DNA of 64,000 nt from Camelus dromedarius (lineage: Eukaryota): NCBI RefSeq assembly GCF_036321535.1, contig NC_087459.1:5890001-5954000 (forward strand), given 5' to 3'. Below are positions 60,961 to 64,000 of this stretch, piece by piece. Every line of letters starts with the position of its first letter. Positions within the stretch are counted from its first letter, which is position 1. A program made the translations under genes and the position numbers. The notes under the pieces were generated by a model that was not told where the DNA came from, made no database searches, and saw only the letters and a list, made by a program, of their open reading frames with translations.

Positions 60961-61148
60961 TAGATTAGTGATTGCCTGAGGCAGAGGGTGGAAAAAGAGA
61001 TTGACTGCAAATGGGTATGAGGGCAGGATCCTTTTAGGGAGAGGGAAATGTTCTCAATTTAGACTGTAAATTTTCTAAAGATAATTGAGTTTTAAAATTA
61101 AAATCAGTAAATGTTATGTTATGTAAATTATACGTCTATAAAGCTGTT
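60961..61148 (+). mobile_element. Old L1M terminal 3' end
   Basis: tagattagtgattgcctgagg...ttgactgcaaatgggtatgagg...gggaaatgttctcaatttagactgt...aaattatacgtctataaagctgtt. Confidence 0.75.
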
Positions 61149-61689
61149 GAAGGAAACCTAGTTTGGTATGACCTTATTTCCAAGATGGTGTCACCTGGCT
61201 CTTGAAAGCAGGTATTTGCGCGTTAAGTTCCTCTTAATATTGTAGCTTCAGGAGCTTCCAGAGTTACAGCCCTTAGACCAAAGGAGCAGGTTTTAAATGG
61301 AGGGACCGAGGCATCAAAAGGGGAAGAGATAATATGGTTGTGGAACAAATGCCAGCACAATAAAACCTATTGTTTCCCTAATTAGGTTTGTGAAGGTGGA
61401 AATCGTAACTGTTACGAGTCAGGGCATTGTTGGGGGTCCTGAGCTGGAAGATTCTAACAGGCTGAGTACCAGGGTGTTGAAATTTGGAGGATGAAGGGAA
61501 AGAGGTAGGAAGAGATGGCAGACGGCAAAGAACTGAGAGCCCAGAGGGCAGGGGAGAACCGTCTGGTGTGAAACGGAACTGTTGGTTGTCCCAACTAGGG
61601 AAGATCAGAAAGGGGGACGTTCACCTCCTAATAAAAATACCGCGGCATCTGGCCGATCCCGTCTCCCTGTAACACTACGCTCGCCCCTC

Positions 61690-61830
61690 CATCTTCGGTC
61701 AGAAGAGGAAACCGAGGCCCAGGGGATGGGAGGAACTTGCTCAAGGTCACAACCAGGGTGACTGTCAGGACAAGATTAAACCCACAGGGCTCCACTCTCC
61801 AGGCCCCTCTTTACTCTCAGGCCGTATGAT
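61690..61830 (-). mobile_element. MIR
   Basis: cagaagaggaaaccgaggcccaggggatgggaggaacttgctcaaggtcacaacc. Confidence 0.7.
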
Positions 61831-63384
61831 TTGGGTTGAACTGGCCCAGTCCGCTACCCACTGAGCAAATTCCTCTTGCTCTCACACTTGCGACACATTT
61901 CTCCGCTTGCTGAGGACAATGCCATGTATCTCCTAAGCCAGCAATCAACTTCACCCCCTACCTTCAATCCCCTTCCCTGCCCAGCAGAGGCTGGTGTGCC
62001 GTGACTGTACATAACAACAGATACCAGAAGACTGAATCAAGAACCAGGGTCCCCATGGCCTTGAACACACTAAGAAGCTTGCAGAGAAAGACCTAGACTC
62101 TGCTACTTCCTTCTAAAAGAACAAATAACCACCAGTCACTTCCAGACCCAACTCAGTTCTACAGCTCAGGATGCAAAGCATAGTCTTCCAACTGGGACCC
62201 CCTCTAAGATGAAAAACATGAGACAGAGCTTGACAGCTGTGACTCACCGAGTCACAGCTACGGTGGGACACTGGGAAATCAAGAAGAAAAATAAATGATT
62301 CAGTAACCTTCTTATAAAATTTGCAAGAGGACAACCATATCTGAGGTCAGTGTTTCACAACAAAATGAGAGCGAAACAGAGAGGGAGAGACTGAGAGATG
62401 TCTCAGAGAGAATTATCCTTAGGCTCTTGATCCAGATCTACCCGCCTGAAAGGAGACTGGTCCTTATGCAGAAAAAGATGCCCTGAACACCTCACCTACA
62501 ACTGGATGATGTGTGCTGTTGCAAACTGAGCCCTTCTAAGACTTACAGAGGCAGACACTGAGATGCCAACTTCAGTCTGATCACTTAACACAGTTTTCAG
62601 TGTTGTAGTTCACTTCTTAAAATAATGAATATAGGCCTAATGATGTCTCAACACATTTCTTTCTAACAGGGAAAGAGGGAGAGAGAAAGGAAGGAGGGAG
62701 GAAGGGAACAGGGAGAGAGACTAATCCTTGTCACCAGAGGTTTTAACTGAATGCATGTCTGGGGGTATGGTTTTGCTGGAAAAGCTCAGATTATCCTAAT
62801 AACTTCTTTCAGGTCAAAACTCATACTGTTGCTCAGAATACTTTAATTATGAGGAAGTAAAATCAGGCCATTCTGCCACACTCGTAGGTAACAATGTGCA
62901 GTCAGTGTAACAACCACAGCATCTTGGGCCCTAATTATAGAAATGTGGATCGTCTCAAGCCAAAACAAGCACCTCCCACACTGGGCCGCCCAGTGACCAG
63001 GCTATTCCAGGGTCCTTAATCCTGGGGCTGGCAGAATATCGCCTTCCAGGAATGGCCATCCTGAAGCTGCAGTCTCACTGCTCAGGCAGACAGGGCCAAG
63101 GAAGGGAGTGGACTGTGTGCAGGACTGAGGGAGAGTCCATCTTGGGACTATAAACATGATGTTTTAAAAAGCAGAGGATTAAAAAAAAAATAGTAACACC
63201 AAAAGAAAGCCGTTTTATAGCTGCCTTGTGACAAAAATCAAATTCACATGTGGATGCTAAGAACGTGGAGAAAGAGGACTGGGGACCCAGGAGCCTACAC
63301 TGACAGACTGTGGCCGCTGCTCGGAGGACCAGGAGGGGAGCGCGGGGGCAGTGCCCTGCGGACCCAGCAGTCTGTAGGTGCTCT

Positions 63385-63520
63385 CAGAGAAGCCACCTCT
63401 TTGAATTCTCGTGAAGCCCTGCTAGCCTTTTACAGAGGAAGAACATGGGCAAAGCAGTTTTGTAGAGCTTGGCTGAGGTCAAACTGCTGGTAAGTGGTAG
63501 AGCTGGACTGAACTGAGGTC
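63385..63520 (-). mobile_element. MIR
   Basis: ttttacagaggaagaacatgggc...cttggctgaggtcaaactgctggtaagtggtagagctggactgaactgaggtctg. Confidence 0.7.
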
Positions 63521-63679
63521 TGACCCTAAAACCCTTTAGGAGAACCTACAGCTTAGAATACAAGGTTGATTGTTTTGAGCAGAAAAGCCCCTTTGTGCCT
63601 GCAGGGAAGTCTGGCCACACAGCTATCCGTCAAGAACTCCCATCAGAGACCACCGAAGAAGACTGAAGAAACACTACTA

Positions 63680-63925
63680 CAGTCATGAAATGTTAGGAGT
63701 AGAGGCTTTGGGGTTCCGATTTCCCAGGGTTCGAATCTCTGCTCTGCTATGTTTATGAGCTTTGTTAACTCAGGCAAGTTCGTTAAGATCACTGAGCCTT
63801 GGTCTCTTCATCCAAAATGTGTGATACAGCCCCTGCATCATGGTGTGGCAGGAATGCAAAAATAGATAACACACGGGAAGTTTGGGACCTGTAGTAGGAA
63901 CTCAACAGATATCCGTTATTGTATC
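63680..63925 (+). mobile_element. MIR
   Basis: tagaggctttgggg...cagggttcgaatctctgctctgc...actcaggcaagttcgttaag...tagtaggaactcaacagat. Confidence 0.75.
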
Positions 63926-64000
63926 AGAGTAAAATGAATCCAAACTGATTACTTTGAACTTTGAATGTACCATCAATCAAAGTATATTTATGGCAAGGTG

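Noticed and set aside
1-64000. CRISPR arrays, operons, rRNA, snoRNA or snRNA genes, retroviral gag/pol/env
   Set aside because: No regularly spaced repeat-spacer arrays, no gene-dense architecture and no recognisable matches; the recurring similar blocks are dispersed L1 3' ends.

Overview
Mammalian, non-coding genomic DNA, almost certainly camelid: two tRNA-derived SINEs with the camelid (Vic-1-like) head and tail, plus camelid- and cetartiodactyl-type L1 3' ends. I recognise no protein-coding gene, RNA gene, CRISPR array or prokaryotic system, so the window reads as a large intron or intergenic interval. It contains ancient repeats (MIR, L2, MLT1 LTRs, hAT MITEs, old L1M), younger L1 and SINE insertions with readable target-site duplications (TSDs), and seven N-gaps. 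The only recognisable protein homology is two decayed L1 ORF2 reverse-transcriptase fragments. Most worth a second look: (i) a tail-less, TSD-less L1 ORF2 fragment that appears to replace part of an older L1MC, nearly collinear with a second ORF2 fragment 32.6 kb upstream; (ii) an old L1 with a 5'-inversion architecture and a recent 83-bp tandem duplication at its junction; (iii) a repeat-free, motif-dense enhancer-like block at 17.4-18.4 kb; (iv) small CpG-retaining patches and CTCF-like motifs; (v) several unverified small exon-like segments. I found no evidence for a new biological system. Repeat subfamily names come from remembered consensus sequences, and boundaries are approximate unless TSDs are quoted.
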